From Eledone cirrhosa (Eukaryota), in NCBI GenBank assembly GCA_964016885.1, contig OZ024740.1, positions 301,568,001 to 301,632,000 of the forward strand: a DNA stretch of 64,000 bases, in the 5' to 3' direction. Positions 62,910 to 64,000 of the stretch are shown here, in pieces. The notes under the pieces were generated by a model. The model was not told where the DNA came from. It did not search any database and saw nothing but the letters and a program-made list of their open reading frames with translations. Position 1 is the stretch's first letter. Each line of letters begins with the position of its first letter. The translations under genes were made by a program, and so were the position numbers.

Positions 62910-63190
62910 TTTTTTCTCTTAGTGCTATCGGAGCTGCAATATCTCGTTTCGGAGGCGTACCGGCTCTACTCGATCTCCGCACAACGCACTCACTATCGCG
63001 TGACGTTACTATCAGGACCATTCGGAGGAAGCCCCTTTCGCCTACTTGTATTAACGATCGTGTTCTTGCGGTCATTACGCCAGATATATGACTGTAGGTA
63101 AGAGTAGGTTGTAACACCAAATTGAAGTTAGTGACTTTGGCTTTCACACCTACCACCCTTCTTACTACTGAATGATTACTCTGGTGAATT
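62910..63190 (-). pseudogene. Decayed RTE-clade LINE RT C-terminal fragment
   Basis: KAKVTNFNLVLQPTLTYSHISGVMTARTRSLIQVGERGFLRMV..TSRD resembles RTE (Expander/Rex3-like) PTLTYGHE.WVMT.R.RS.IQA.EM.FLRRV. Confidence 0.75.
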
Positions 63191-63502
63191 ACTACCCTAG
63201 ATGTTGCAATACTCGCAGTTTATTTCATGAGAAAGACAGAGACGCAGAAAATAGGTTACATAAACGATTAAGAAAAAATAATTTTGTTTATTGTATTATT
63301 GAATTTTTTTGTGAATTCAAATGTTGAATCCATATATTATATAGTATGAACTTTGAGGGAGTTCAAATATTCAGATTTTATCTGAATTAATGAAATCAGT
63401 GATTACAGATAAAATATGGAACAGAATTTAAGAATATGATTTGTGGAATAAACTGAACAAAAAAAAAGTCGTAATTGTTTTTATTTAAACCTAAGATTAG
63501 GC

Positions 63503-63607
63503 TGCTGCAGATAAGGATCGAACTCACAACCCCCGTATTAAATTGTAATGTAGTGTACCAATTGCTGTTTATAAATACGGCGAATTAATCAATTGCACCA
63601 CTGAGGC
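63503..63607 (-). tRNA. tRNA-Ile(TAT) with 31-nt intron, probably a pseudogene
   Basis: GCCTCAGTGGTGCAATTGATTAATTCG-CCGTA-TT-TAT-A-[intron 63569-63539]-A-TACGG-GGGTT-GTGAG-TTCGATC-CTTAT-CTGCAGCA. The anticodon and T stems pair, but the acceptor and D stems have mismatches. An oligo-T run lies ~35 nt downstream. Confidence 0.75.
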
Positions 63608-64000
63608 GTTGCTTATAATTTGCCTACAGAAATCAATTTGTCTATCACAGGTTTATTCCGTATTCAATGGTATCCCAGAAGATTTCTTTCACATATGGTA
63701 TAGATTAACGCCTATACGAAGAACGACCCGTGAACTAGATTACTAACTTTCTTATTTCTGCTCCTTCTCCACCCGACCCTCCTCCTTCTCATCATCACCA
63801 TTACTTTTAAATATGGTATACAATAACGGGTAAACAATGGTCGACCTGTGGATTAACATAATAAATTACTTATTCCTACTCAGTCCCAATGTCCCGTTCT
63901 CCCCACCGCCTTTTCATTATTTATCCTCCTTTTCTTCCTCCTCCCCTTTGCCGCCCACCTCCTTTTCATTGATTCTTCGTTTTCTCTTCATCAGCATTAT

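Overview
AT-rich eukaryotic (invertebrate) non-genic DNA saturated with (TA)n, (CA)n, (GA)n and (TAA)n microsatellites. The SINE content and composition suggest a cephalopod such as Octopus, but this is inference. No host protein-coding gene can be supported. Five Penelope-like retroelements (PLEs; RT plus GIY-YIG) are present: three Neptune-like (one with an intact 758-aa ORF), one probably Hydra-clade and one heavily decayed. There is also a head-to-tail stack of three R4/Dong-type non-LTR elements in (TAA)n, RTE LINE fragments, about 10 tRNA-derived SINEs, a Tc1/mariner-type MITE and a degenerate intron-containing tRNA-Ile(TAT). The most notable signal is a dense non-coding layer of about 20 type I hammerhead ribozyme (HHR)-like motifs from many unrelated families, carried in PLE pseudo-LTRs and in small palindromic, tailed inserts in (TA)n. 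One family is a 317-318 bp tandem repeat with one HHR per monomer, found at 13.6-14.1 kb and 35.2-36.2 kb. Its two loci show compensatory changes in all three stems and in the catalytic 3-8 pair (C3-G8 vs U3-A8). It looks like a non-LTR retrozyme, predicted to give a ~317-nt self-cleaving circular RNA and probably mobilised by PLE RT. All structures were folded by eye.
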